From: Octopus bimaculoides | Taxonomy: Eukaryota | Direction: 5' to 3' | DNA: 33,300 bases | Assembly: GCF_001194135.2 (NCBI RefSeq) | Contig: NC_068987.1 | Coordinates: forward strand, 105,915,963 to 105,949,262 | In this document: positions 1 through 10,860 of the stretch, one piece after another | How positions within the stretch are numbered: position 1 is the stretch's first letter | Layout: each line of letters begins with the position of its first letter | Notes under the pieces: model-generated | Seen by the model: only the letters and a program-made list of their open reading frames with translations | Databases searched by the model: none | Told to the model about the DNA's origin: nothing | Translations under genes and position numbers: made by a program

Positions 1-42
<42 letters not shown>

Positions 43-130
43 TACATATAAATACATACACACACACACACATATACATATATGCTTGTATATAGAGGCA
101 TGTGTATGTGTATATGCATAAGTGTGCAGC
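1..130. repeat. (TA)n/(CA)n/(TG)n microsatellite cluster
   Basis: Directly visible dinucleotide runs. Confidence 0.95.
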
Positions 131-720
131 TGTGTGGTAAAGACAGTTTGCGACTGCGTATGACGGAGTGTATATATACATACACATGCATAGATGTAAT
201 CTTATATACAAATATACGTATGTGTGAATATCTTTTTGTGTTTTAGTATATATGCGAATGTAAATTCGCTGTGATGGTTAACTTTGTCCCAGGGGTATAT
301 CGGGGTAATTTAGTGTAAAATTTAATATTTATTCCCCAAAGTACGTAATGATCGTTAGGACAGACAAGGTTGCAAAGAAAAAAAGCGGGAAATAACAGAA
401 AAAGGTATTAAAATAAAATGTAAAGCGTATGACTATAAAAAATGTATTAGAAGAAAAATATACAGAAAGAAAAGAAAGGAAATATGAAGAGTGATCAAAT
501 GAGTGAGAAACAGAAGATCAGATAGGCAGAATATATAAGGGATATAGAAACGAAGGAAAATTATTTAGAAACGATTACATAGAAAGAATATGTTTACGGA
601 TCATAAATATATAAAGAATAAAAATAACGAAGGATAAAATGGCACGTACAACCACTAATCAAATTACATACGTTCATATATATGTTCGAACATACATACA
701 CAAATAAATAAATAGATAAA

Positions 721-747
721 TACATACATACATACATACATACATAC
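721..747. repeat. (TACA)n microsatellite
   Basis: Directly visible tetranucleotide run. Confidence 0.9.
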
Positions 748-1371
748 GTATGTCGGCTTCGACGTATGAATGTTTAACAGCCGATATTATGGCCGTTAAA
801 CTACTCGCAAAGATTGTTTTCAGAGGTGAAAGTTTCTATAGGATCAGCCTCGCTTTCTGGAAATGCTGACAGCAGAAAGTTGGTGCCAATGTTTTCCACA
901 AACTCAATGAAGAAAATAACTCAGGCATTTCTATTAGAGTTCTACATCCAATGATCGCTTAGCTAGTTGAAACTTCGAATTCACTAAACGATATTCTTCT
1001 TGTTAAAGAATAATTTTAAACTGTACAAAATTATGGAGTAACTCTTCATGTTAATGTAAAATTGTTTTTATTATAACGAAGCATAAGAACGAATATATAT
1101 GTCGTTGCTATTATGCAAAAGTGTCGTATATCCAAAGCGTTGGTTTTTCAGAAAACGAATAAAACTGTTTTACCATTTCATAGCAAAATCGTTGTGCTAC
1201 ACTTAAACAATTTTTGATATCTTGGCATCTGAAGCAGGCGGAGATACGATAGCTTGACCAAAGGAACCGGCTATTGCAAGCAAAAATATATATTGAAAAA
1301 AAAAACACATTTCGCTAAATTTGGACATACGATAGTTTAACATAACAATATATGTATAGATATTTTTTAAT

Positions 1372-1584
1372 TCTTTTAGTTGTTTTAGTCATTTAACTGC
1401 GACAATGCTGGAGTACCGCCTTTAGTCGAACAGGTCGACCCTAGGACTTATTCTTTGTAAGCCTAGTAATTATTCTATCGCTCTCTTTTCAAGAACCGCT
1501 AAGTTACAGGGATGTAAACACACCAACATCGGTTGTCAAGTGATGGTGCTAGGGGCGGAACAAACACGGGCACACAGATACATA
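1372..1584 (-). mobile_element. 3' half of tRNA-derived SINE family A (5'-truncated)
   Basis: Reverse complement aligns by eye to 5375-5580 (TGACAACCGATG-TGGTGTGTTTA...CTTAGCGGTTC...GATAGAATAA...TAGGCTT...AGAATAAGTCCT-GGGTCGA...CGACTAAAGGCGGT-CTCCAGCAT). Confidence 0.9.
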
Positions 1585-1949
1585 TGTAATTATTTGAAAC
1601 TTGGTTATACAGCTGCTAATATGCCGTTTAAAGCTTGTTCACTGTCTTCGGCTACCTAATGTCATCAGCAGTAAGAAATTAAGTGCCACTGGTTTTATTC
1701 CAGGAATTCCTTTGAGTTCGTCGAGTATATAAAGAAGGAAAGAAAGCAAAAACAGAATTCACGAGATTCTTTATTACGGTTATTTCGACCGGTCTCGCAT
1801 AGATCCCTCACGGAAGAGATATTGTACAGCTGGTTGTAGTGCATCATTCGGTGCAGATGTATCTCGTCAGGTGACTTTTCAAAAGGTACATCGCTGAATA
1901 AACTCGGTTTCCCTTACTTCAATTATAACACATTTCATTATCTGTCTGT

Positions 1950-3120
1950 AGCTGGTTGCATACAGTGGATATTGTGGTAAGAACCACAAGTTCATTCGAA
2001 AAATCATCGATATGAAGCGAATTTCTCTGTGCAGCCGCTCACAACGTTCCGTGCCTCGGTTGCTATTATAAGATTTTTGCAGCACCATGCGTTTTCCTTT
2101 GAGGGCTACAGCAAGCTACCGAGGAAGTACATAACTATCAGTAGGCGATTGCTTTCTCCCAACAGTTAAGCAAAATGCTGTTGGAACACCCCACACATCC
2201 CCTTAGAATCGAATAGTAAAAGTCTTTGGATGAGTTGCCACGTTGCGGTTTCGTGACTACCCTTGCTGATTGAATGGATTTTCCTCGCACTCAACTCTGA
2301 CTACGAATCTATCGTGTTTCGCACTGGAAAAATAGTTGCAGTCATTCTTTCCTCTAGTGTTTGTGTTTCGATGCTTTTGTTAATCACCTCTTCAAGTTAA
2401 CTGTCCCCTCGTTAGTCTATTTCTCTCTATCACTAGCTTTTGTAAATACTCATATTTAATTGCACTTTTAGATGTGCCCCATAACTTGTTATTGACGACT
2501 GCCCCCGTCAACTTCTCCTTAACTGGCTCGCTAATCTGGCCCCTGTCATCGTTATGTTGTGAAAAACAAGTTCAAATTCCAATAAGCGTGTCATTGTCTA
2601 TGAGTCTTATCTAATTCGACTGTGCAAATCACAAATATATAGTCTATGTATCAGACCAGTTTAAAATGCAGGCAGGCTACGCTATCTATATCTGCCGACC
2701 TAACGAACGCTTTATATAAGTATTCTTTAGATGACTCATTGTGACCCAAGCCTACATTGGTACATTCTTGAAATCCAATCAGTATTGAAATCCAGAGGAC
2801 CGAAATTGTCTGATTAGGTTCTCCATCCTCTTTTCGATCGACTTCTACAATTTCTTTGTGTACATTCTCTTCGGTAGTAAGGAACGAGGTGTTCTCAGAA
2901 AGAACTCTAGACGTCTAAAGTAAGCTGGTGGTCCTGTCCCTGAGGGTACAAGGCAGTTACAAATCTGAAGGTACTGCTTTTATTGACACTCACATCCAGT
3001 ACTGACGAATTAGCACCGCCATCCAATATGATTGTCAGTAAGTTTAACTAATTCTTTGCGAGAAAACATTGTCACCCCATCGCCGGATCTCATCAGACCA
3101 CAAAACAGGTATGCCAGAAA
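1950..3120 (-). mobile_element. Decayed L1/Tx1-clade LINE ORF2 fragment (APE endonuclease, linker, start of RT), many stops and frameshifts
   Basis: Minus-strand translation across frames gives GVTMFSRK..SVLDV..FRFVTALY, YFRRLEFFL, YLYKAFVRS, YIDYIFV..RQ*HAYWNLN (TDH / GxGYWKLN-like), MCGVFQQHFA*LLG and CCKNLIIATEARNVVSGC. These occur in the order expected for L1/Tx1 ORF2. Clade assignment is from recalled motif order. Confidence 0.7.
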
Positions 3121-3157
3121 TGGGACTGAATGTCGCCAGAAATAGGACTGAATGAGT

Positions 3158-3164
3158 GAAGAAG

Positions 3165-3193
<29 letters not shown>
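3158..3193. repeat. (GAA)12 microsatellite followed by degenerate purine-rich tract
   Basis: Directly visible; explains the poly-S and poly-F ORFs in the track. Confidence 0.95.
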
Positions 3194-3197
<4 letters not shown>

Positions 3198-3579
3198 AGA
3201 GGAGGATAATGGGGAGGATGGTGGAGCAGACGAACGGGATAAGGGAGATGAGGGCGATGGAAGCGAGTAGGAGGACTGAAACCATGAAGAAGAAAAATGA
3301 ATTTATTTGCTAAAACGACAATGAAGAATATTACAAATATAATAATCAGAGAAAGATAACGAAATAATAATTCTGAAAAATATATCAATAACAAGATTTT
3401 TAAAAATGTTCAAACAATAAAAATAATAATAATAATAATAGTATTTATATATGTGACTCATTTTGATTATGAATATAACGAGTTATGACAGGTAGGGGTA
3501 GATAGACGGGTGGTCTAGACGGCCATGGTAAAGGTTACTGATGGAAAGGAAGTAATTGAAATTTGAAACAAAAAGCGCC

Positions 3580-3839
3580 CACACCCACACACAGGCATAC
3601 ACTACAAACACAATTGTACACAGTTACGTGCATACACGCATACATACGCACGCATACACACACAAACACACACACGTGCGCGCGCATGTATAGGAAAATA
3701 GAAAAGAACATTTCAGAAATGTATGTTTACATATATGTAAATACAAGCGTGGTGGGGTGTTTGTGTGTGTAGAGAGACGTGTGTACACACAGAGACATAT
3801 ATGTACACACACACGCACATATATTAAAGCTGATGTGTG

Positions 3840-3898
<59 letters not shown>

Positions 3899-3975
3899 AT
3901 ATATACATATTATATATATGTGCGTTTGCTTGTTTGTGCGGGTGTGCGTGTTTTTGTGTGTGTATAATGGACATG
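3580..3975. repeat. Mixed (CA)n/(TA)n/(TG)n microsatellite field
   Basis: Directly visible; source of the YIYI, HTHT and VCVC ORFs. Confidence 0.95.
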
Positions 3976-4289
3976 TAATGCGTATATGTGTATGTTACTG
4001 TGTGTTTATAGAAATCACTGAAACCTACCACTTCGAAGGGAATGGTTTGTTCATCTGATCTGATACCGAACTAATGGCAGACTATCAGTCTGAGCTGGCT
4101 ACAGTTCCACATTAAAACATTAATACAGTTGATCCAGGAGCCGACTATGCTGCGACCGTTACCCACTTAAAGTTTGCCCCGCAGTATATAACACCCTGAT
4201 TTGGAAATGTTGCCAAGCATTTGGTTTGGATATCAGGTTGAAGACTGAAGTAACAATTTCTCAGGCAATTACCAACAGAAAAATAACAT

Positions 4290-4460
4290 CAGCAACATAC
4301 CTTAGGAATGAGAACAGCGTATCCCATAAGTCAAATAAAGGGTTGGGTTCAAAATTCCACCACAACACAGGATGAAGGCTGCAGAGTATTACAGCCGAAA
4401 CGTCGTGATAACAACAAGCAAGACGAGGACACCTACCCGTCCATTGTAAATAATGTAAAT
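4290..4460 (+). mobile_element. Single-arm copy of the hammerhead-bearing repeat at 21953-22363 (core degenerate)
   Basis: Matches TACCTTA-GAATGAGAAC...GGTTC-AAATT...CAC-nnGATGAAGGCTG-AGAGTA..CAGCCGAAACGT..AACAAC...CAAGA-GAGGAC...CCGTC...TGTAAATAATGTAAAT. Confidence 0.85.
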
Positions 4461-4603
4461 GGAATCATTGTGTGAAACGTATACAAACTCATGATTTTGT
4501 ATACGTTTCTATGCTACAGATACAAAAGAAATATATCAGACATGTTCTCATACGAACTTATCCAAATCCATGAACTTTATTGTACAATCTACTAAAATAC
4601 ACC

Positions 4604-4729
4604 TGAACCAGTTTTCCCTGAGACATGTTTGTTTACGTGAACCAATTTTCCGTCAGACTTGTTTTTTTATGTTCAAATCACGTTCAGGCATAACTTGAAC
4701 TAGTTTTCCCTCAGACCTGTTTATTTACG
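4604..4729. repeat. Three degenerate copies of a 34-bp unit (TGAACCAGTTTTCCCTCAGACxTGTTTxTTTACG)
   Basis: Units start at 4604, 4638 and 4696; 24-bp spacer between units 2 and 3. Confidence 0.8.
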
Positions 4730-5179
4730 TGTATTTCATTTCATAACATGCTCAGGCACAAATTCATTTTACTAGTTATATGACAGTGTATAGACGACAA
4801 ACAACTGCGTAAAGGGAAATAGTTAATGAACTCAACAAACAAAAAATCACGTTTGAAGTTAATTTAATATACTGCTAAGGATTTTGTTATCATGTTAAAA
4901 AACTAATTACAGGTAAATACTATCTTCATAGAAATCCACATATATCTGCAACCATAAAATATGTATACAGAAATTGTATCACAAGAACATTCACTCAAAA
5001 AAGAGACAAAAGGTATTTCAATTAATGATGCACTAGGAAAATTGGATTATACGCAACAGAAAAGTAACATCACCAAGAAAATCGAAAAATGTTGGTTCAA
5101 ACATCTTCAGCTTTCAATGTCGGTAAACATTTTCTAGTGTGTGTTAGAAAACATAACATGTATTACAGGTTGTGTAACA

Positions 5180-5580
5180 GGCGTAGGAGTGGCTGTGTGG
5201 TAAGTAGCTTGCTTACCAACCACATGGTCCCGGGTTCAGTCCCATTGCGTGGCATCTTGGGCAAGTGTCTTCTACTATAACCTCGGGCCGACCAAAGCCT
5301 TGTGAGTGGATTTGGTAGACGGAAACTGAAAGAAGCTTGTCGTATATATGTTTATATGTATGTATGTGTATATGTGTTTGTGTGTCTGTGTTTGTCCCCC
5401 CAGCATCGCTTGACAACCGATGCTGGTGTGTTTATGTCCCCGTAACTTAGCGGTTCGGCAAAACAGACCGATAGAATAAGTACTAGGCTTCTAAAGAATA
5501 AGTCCTGGGGTCGATTTGCTCGACTAAAGGCGGTGCTCCAGCATGGTCACAGTAAAAAAACTGAAAGAAGTAAAAGAGTA
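5180..5580 (+). mobile_element. Full-length tRNA-derived SINE family A with internal (TA/TG) microsatellite
   Basis: A-box-like TGGCTGTGTGG and B-box-like GGTTCAGTCCC, then CTTGGGCAAGTG body, internal microsatellite and a 3' domain also seen at 1372 and 17120; A-rich end. Confidence 0.9.
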
Positions 5581-5896
5581 ACAATTAGATAGAGACGCAC
5601 AGCAAACAGCATTGTTTTTACGTATATCATAGACACTCACATTATATATGTGTGTGATGTGTTAACTCAATGTAATACAATTGAGCACATTCCTAGGAAC
5701 AAATCAATACCCGCAAACTTAATGCGTACGGTAGCAATAAAATCTTCTGTGCATTTAGTACCTCTACAATTACTAATGTTCATAACCAAAGAACAAGAGA
5801 AATTATACAGAATTCGGAGATGTCATTAAGAAGGTGCAACCTGGATTTTGATGAAGCTTCAATACCAGCCTAATAGTATGTATATCAGACTTATGT

Positions 5897-6150
5897 GGAG
5901 GCACGTGGCTTAGTGGTTAGGGTGTCCGCATCATGATCGTAAGATTGTGGTTTCGATTCCTGGACCGTGCGACGCGTTGTGTTCTCGAGCAAAACACTTC
6001 ATTTTACGTCGCTCCAGTCCACTCAGCCGGCAAAAATGAGTAACGCTGCGATGGACTGGCGTCCCCCCTGGCTGGAGAGCACATACGCCATTGAAACCGG
6101 GCCCATGAGCCTGGCTAGGCTTTAAAAAGTGTGCATTTATTATTTTATTA
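5897..6150 (+). mobile_element. tRNA-derived SINE family B
   Basis: TGGCTTAGTGG (A box), GTTTCGATTCC (B-box-like), body GAGCAAAACACTTCA...GCTCCAGTCCACTCAGC; second copy at 17822. Confidence 0.88.
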
Positions 6151-7534
6151 TATCCGACTTATGAAGGCTCAAAATATATCATGTTGTGAACGCAAGACCA
6201 ATGAGAAAGGTTATCGACACATTCTACCTATCTCTACTATTGTTGCTCAAAGTTTGGTAGGTGTTAAGCGACCAGAATGTATATGGTGATTACCGAAACA
6301 TATATATTTCATAACACACACAAAATCATATCCCCTCCAAAGGAACTAGTAGGTAATTAAATTCCATTCCATCTGAACATTGATGTAGAATAGCCAATGT
6401 ACTTAAATCACACTACATGTCTGGGCTGTTATTAACAAGTCTGATATATGCCTACAATTATTGTTGCAAAATACAAATAACTCACAGAACTTTTAAAGAT
6501 GACCAATAACTCCCGCTTCGAAAAAGAATGCCCATCACTTAAAAATCTGTTCCAATAAAAACAGGATACAATCGTTTCTTTTCAAATGCAAAAGTTTACG
6601 GCTAAAAGTATCGATGAATAATCCATTTCAATCAATTCCTTCTTTGCTCTGCAACAACAAGTTCTATGATTAGTTTCTTAACCCAGAGATTGTTTTCGTT
6701 AAAATTTCTAACCCTATTGATGCGATCATGATGTGAGATTAATGGAGTATCTGTACAACAGCTAATCTTTCAGTAAGAGGCAACTTTTAGAGGAAACTCA
6801 GTCTCAGAATGATCTCATTCGAATTCGGCCACATCCAAGACGTCCTACATACATTTACATTCCAGTAAAGACATCATTTTCAACTTTCTGTTGACTGGTA
6901 AAATTAATGTGTCGAAATGTATGTGTTAAGGAAGACGACATTCTCAACAAATATAATAAAAGCTCTGTAAGTAAAAGAATTTCAGCTGGTGAAAGATTCA
7001 GACGCAATTTGAACATTCATCATAAGGCCACTGTATTTCTATACTATTTTAAATAAAAGGAATATAAGATAAAACATTCGCCGTTTAATGATATTAGTTC
7101 ACACCGCAACTGATTGTTCTATTATCAGTATCCGTTTATAAAATCTATTTTCTACGTAATACCGGATCGTTATTGATAACACCATAGTTTAGACCTTATG
7201 TATGTGAGTATGTGGGTGCATACATACACGCACACACACATAGAGAGAGGGGGAGAGAGAAATAGATGAGTACGTAAAATATTGGAAGATATCCCCTCAT
7301 GTAACTGTCTTTCCATAATCATTTGCTACTATCATTATGCAATCCATTTAAACTTTTTGAAAAATAAAATATTTCGGTCTACTCAGTGCACAAATTAACT
7401 GATAAGCATAACATTTCAAAACGATCTTAAGAATACGATAAACTTCTTTTATTTTCCAGATACTTTATATTGTGTAACATATGAAAATATAAACAACAAT
7501 GGAAAAATATATATTACGGAGATATACCTGCATA

Positions 7535-7834
7535 GCAAGCGACCTGATCTGAGATCGTGTGCTGGAACGAAGACAATTGCAGCGTGGAAGGTGTCTATAA
7601 GCCATCTAAGAAACACACAAAAACCGTTAGATTCCCTTCATCATATAAATTTAATTTGCCAAAATATTTTCGTCGCGTTGAGATCGCGAACTGTTCACTG
7701 ACAAAATTCCGTGCTGTATCTGAGAAAGTAAGTCAAAGCGACGAAAATATTTTGGCAAATTAAATTTAAATGTTGAAGTGAATCTAACGGTTTTTGTGTG
7801 TTTCTTAAATGGCTTATAAACATCTTCCACGCTG
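7535..7834. mobile_element. Palindromic non-autonomous element (97-bp inverted arms 7580-7676 / 7738-7834), probably derived from Penelope-like element terminal repeats
   Basis: Arms differ at 6 of 97 positions by manual alignment. The ORF track shows the same peptide on both strands (7557+ and 7651-). Contains a hammerhead-like motif. Penelope origin is inferred. Confidence 0.8.
7656..7704 (-). ncRNA. Minimal type I hammerhead ribozyme, G3-C8 core variant (predicted)
   Basis: Minus strand: UUGUCA [GUGAACA] G UUCGC gaucucaac GCGAC [GAA] AAUAUU U UGGCAA. Stem I is 6 bp with one G-U; stem II has 4 clean pairs; helix III is the palindrome AAUAUU; the triplet is UUU. Confidence 0.6.
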
Positions 7835-8227
7835 AAAAATATATAACAATGAAAACAAGCTAGTCGTAGGCTGAAGTAACTAAGAATACATATGAACAAG
7901 TGAAAGAGAGAGGCGCATTGGTATCTCACACATTTTCTTTACCATGCAATATACGATGTCATTCCTTTTTCTTTTATTTTACTTTTGCTATTTTTGACTT
8001 TATAACGTCTCCGTCTCATTTAAGTTTCAGATATATTTTGTATTATGAAGTAGCACATATTTATTACATACATGGCAGTGTCTTCGAAGTTACGTCCTGC
8101 ACGCCTTCTTCAGACTGTGGTACATTTGAGTTCCACTTGACTTTATAAACACGCTGGTATATATTCTTTTCTGCGGTAGGTGGAGCCATGTTGAATGCTA
8201 AATAATATGATAATAAGTAAAGGGATT

Positions 8228-8360
8228 TTAACAGGTGAGTTGGCAGAATCATTAGCACGCTGAGCAAAATGCATAGCTGCATTTCGTCCGTCTTTACGTT
8301 CTGAGTTCGAATTTCACCGAGGTCGAGTTTACCTTTCATACTTTCAATAAAATAAGCAAA
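8228..8360 (+). mobile_element. tRNA-derived SINE family C (3'-truncated)
   Basis: TGGCAGAATC-TTAGCACGC...TTTACGTTCTGAGTTCGAATT...GAGGTCGA-TTT-CCTTTCAT; matches 12151-12363. Confidence 0.85.
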
Positions 8361-8599
8361 TCCCAAGCCACTTACAGCCTATCCCATATTACTGGCATTT
8401 GTGCTAAACCTTGAAACAAATATGTAGGGTAATTTTTGATGGAAAGATTCCATAGAAAGTTTAATGTTGGAGTTGTGCAATTGTTCTGAGTTCAGTCGCA
8501 TATATAAAACCTCATAATTAGGTATGTTTATGTTATGTGTATAAATGTCAGGTCTTGAGGGTTGCTCTTTATTGCTCATAAAAGGATGTAAATAGAGCC

Positions 8600-8860
8600 A
8601 AAGATTATTCAGTCAGCAGAGGTCTAACTGGGTTTTGAAGTTATTTGAAGTCTTATTAGAAGATTTACCTCATATGATGTGGGAAGGTGGAAGTTATTGT
8701 TCAACGTTTTGTCAAACAAGTAAAACTTTCTCATCCGGAGTGTTTATCTAGGTGCGTCAGCTTTAGGCGATGGTATTGTTAGAATAGAAATCTGGTTATT
8801 TTGTCTTTTATTGTTCATAAAGGGAAGTAAGTCGGTGAAAAGTTTAGTTGGTCAACTGAT
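8600..8860 (-). mobile_element. Possible CR1/L2-like LINE C-terminal remnant
   Basis: Only weak motifs, LRMRKFY..LP and NFKTQLDL, reminiscent of the CR1 ORF2 C-terminus; heavily decayed. Confidence 0.25.
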
Positions 8861-8873
8861 TACGAACTACAGT

Positions 8874-8875
<2 letters not shown>

Positions 8876-8951
<76 letters not shown>

Positions 8952-8958
8952 ATGTGTG
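8876..8958. repeat. (TA)n(TG)n compound microsatellite
   Basis: Directly visible. Confidence 0.95.
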
Positions 8959-9039
8959 TATCACCTCATATCAATATCAGCCGCAGAAGGCTAAGTTCGG
9001 AGAGCAATCAACAGTATTCTGAGTACCTTGTCTAGATTA

Positions 9040-10270
9040 TTCATTTTTAATCCAAATAAGTTGAAGCTGTAGTTTTTAACAAGTTTATACCTGCAACTAG
9101 TGTCCGTTCTTTAAAACATGTTTGTGTCTTTCTTCTATTATACACTTTCCTATTTTATCTTTCCTTTTTGTATATAGCTGATTATTTTGTAGTTGTCACA
9201 TTCCAGTGTCTAAATTTAACTTAATGATTTGGTTTTTAATTAAATGGACTTCTTCTCTTCGAGTAGCTTTGGCATATTTACCTAATTCCACACTTGAGTT
9301 CACTTCACTGCTGAACCCATGTAAAACAGTTAGTCTTACTGCTGAAAGCACATAGTATATTCTGCTAGACGTTGTTACTTGCAACAATATCTAACGCTAA
9401 ACTATCCATATAACACAAGTTCTTTATTAGTTTGTTAGGAGTTTTATAAATATTGGTGATTTGATTAAGGAAATTTGTTAATGGTGCCAAAACCAGACAG
9501 AAAAGTAATGGCGAACAGAAGCCTCCCCTGGAAATTTGCTGTTGTAATAAAAACAAGACTAGTTTTTATAATCTTTTTATCTTGCAGTGTTATTGAACAA
9601 TTTCAATATGGTCTCATTGAGATACTGCTTTTATTGAAGGAGCGTCGCTTATGCGCTGTCTCTAATATCTAACAGTGTGGACTGCTGTCAAAGGATATTC
9701 GAAAATAAATCTATGCTACGCTTCGATTTTTCTTTCACGTTTTGCTTGCCTTTAATAACTGTTCGCTTTACCAATAACTGCTCTTTGCATCCATATATTA
9801 TTTCCGAAACTCTTCCTGCTCTTCTAGTAACATGTTGTTATTTTCCAGATGAACAGCCAGCATGCTATGTTTTTGTATATTGTTCAGTAACATGTTGTTT
9901 CTTTGTAGCTTTCTTTGGCTTTGAGGAAATAATGTTTTCCCTTTAGTCACCAGGCAGGTGTTGATTCTCGTCTCTGTAGTAATGTATTGATTACTGTTGC
10001 TATACTCGCTTTAAATACAATGATTAGATATTTTAACCAGAATTTTCAATCTTTATCATTTCGGAGAGCCTTCTCTTTGCGAGGGATATTAATAGTGTAG
10101 GTAAATTCTCTGCAAATTATATTAAGCCAAGCGTATAATATTATTGAAGTTTTTTTCACTTTCTCAGATTTAATGCGTTGCTTGTGTTTCTGGTGTATAC
10201 TCTCTTCCTCGATTTCTTTCCCAAGTGTTTTGTAGTTAAGTCATCATCGTTCACTCCTACGCCAACCTTC
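9040..10270 (-). mobile_element. Decayed R4/Dong-type (REL) non-LTR retrotransposon, RT region
   Basis: Minus strand: FWLKYL, PAW*LKG, HLENNNMLLEEQ..YGCKEQLLV, SRGGFCSPLLFCLVLAPL, NLCYMDSL (YMDD motif decayed), VLHGFSSEVNSSVELGKYAKAT. Confidence 0.85.
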
Positions 10271-10664
10271 TTTGAGCAAATTTATGAACAAAAAACTTCT
10301 CCTTTTTGTTAGATCATAGAATGTGAATTGCGGTAGATTTAGCTGTTATTTCTGTCGTATTAAAGTTTATTGCTGTTTAGGCCTATATCTATCCCGATCT
10401 TGCATATTTATAAACACTGGCATTCCAGATATGACCATCTCATCGTTTTTAAAGTATATTATGTCTTGTGACATTAGTTGACCCTTAAACGGTGTGAAAG
10501 GGTGGCATGAATGCCTGTCCCAAACGAGCAAAACAAAAGTATATTTCTTGAGGATCATTTTTATACTAATTTTCCTCTTTAGATAATTACAATGGCTATA
10601 ATAATTACTAATCATTTTCACAATAAAATTTACAACCACATCGTTGAAAAGTGCCTTAAAATAT

Positions 10665-10860
10665 TCTTTTCTACTCTAGGTACAAGGCCCGAAATTTTGT
10701 GGGAGGGGACACTAGTACGCAACTGGTACTTAATTTATCGACCTCGAAAGGATGAAAAGCAAAGTCGACCTCGGCGGAATTTGAACTCAGAACGTAAATG
10801 CAGACGAAATACCGCCAAGCATTTCGCCTGGCGTGTTAACGTTTCTGCCAGTTCGGCGCC
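10665..10860 (-). mobile_element. SINE family C
   Basis: Reverse complement matches 12151-12363 (GTTCTGAGTTCAAATTCCGCCGAGGTCGACTTTGC-TTTCATCCTTTCGAGGTCGATAAA). Confidence 0.9.

Noticed and set aside
772-801. Hairpin GTTTAAC-AGCC-8nt-GGCC-GTTAAAC
   Set aside because: An isolated short inverted repeat with no other supporting structure.
1111-1308. 65-aa minus-strand ORF with possible splice sites
   Set aside because: No recognisable family, weak donor, and length expected by chance.
4604-4729. CRISPR-like repeat-spacer appearance
   Set aside because: Only three degenerate units, two directly adjacent, in a eukaryotic context with no cas genes.
6735-6865. EINGVSVQQL (PDZ-like) peptide before a GTAAGA, and the adjacent open frame KRQLLEETQSQNDLIRIRPHPRRPTYIYIP
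   Set aside because: An in-frame TGA lies two codons upstream of the PDZ-like word with no good acceptor. The second segment has an ambiguous acceptor and a weak donor.
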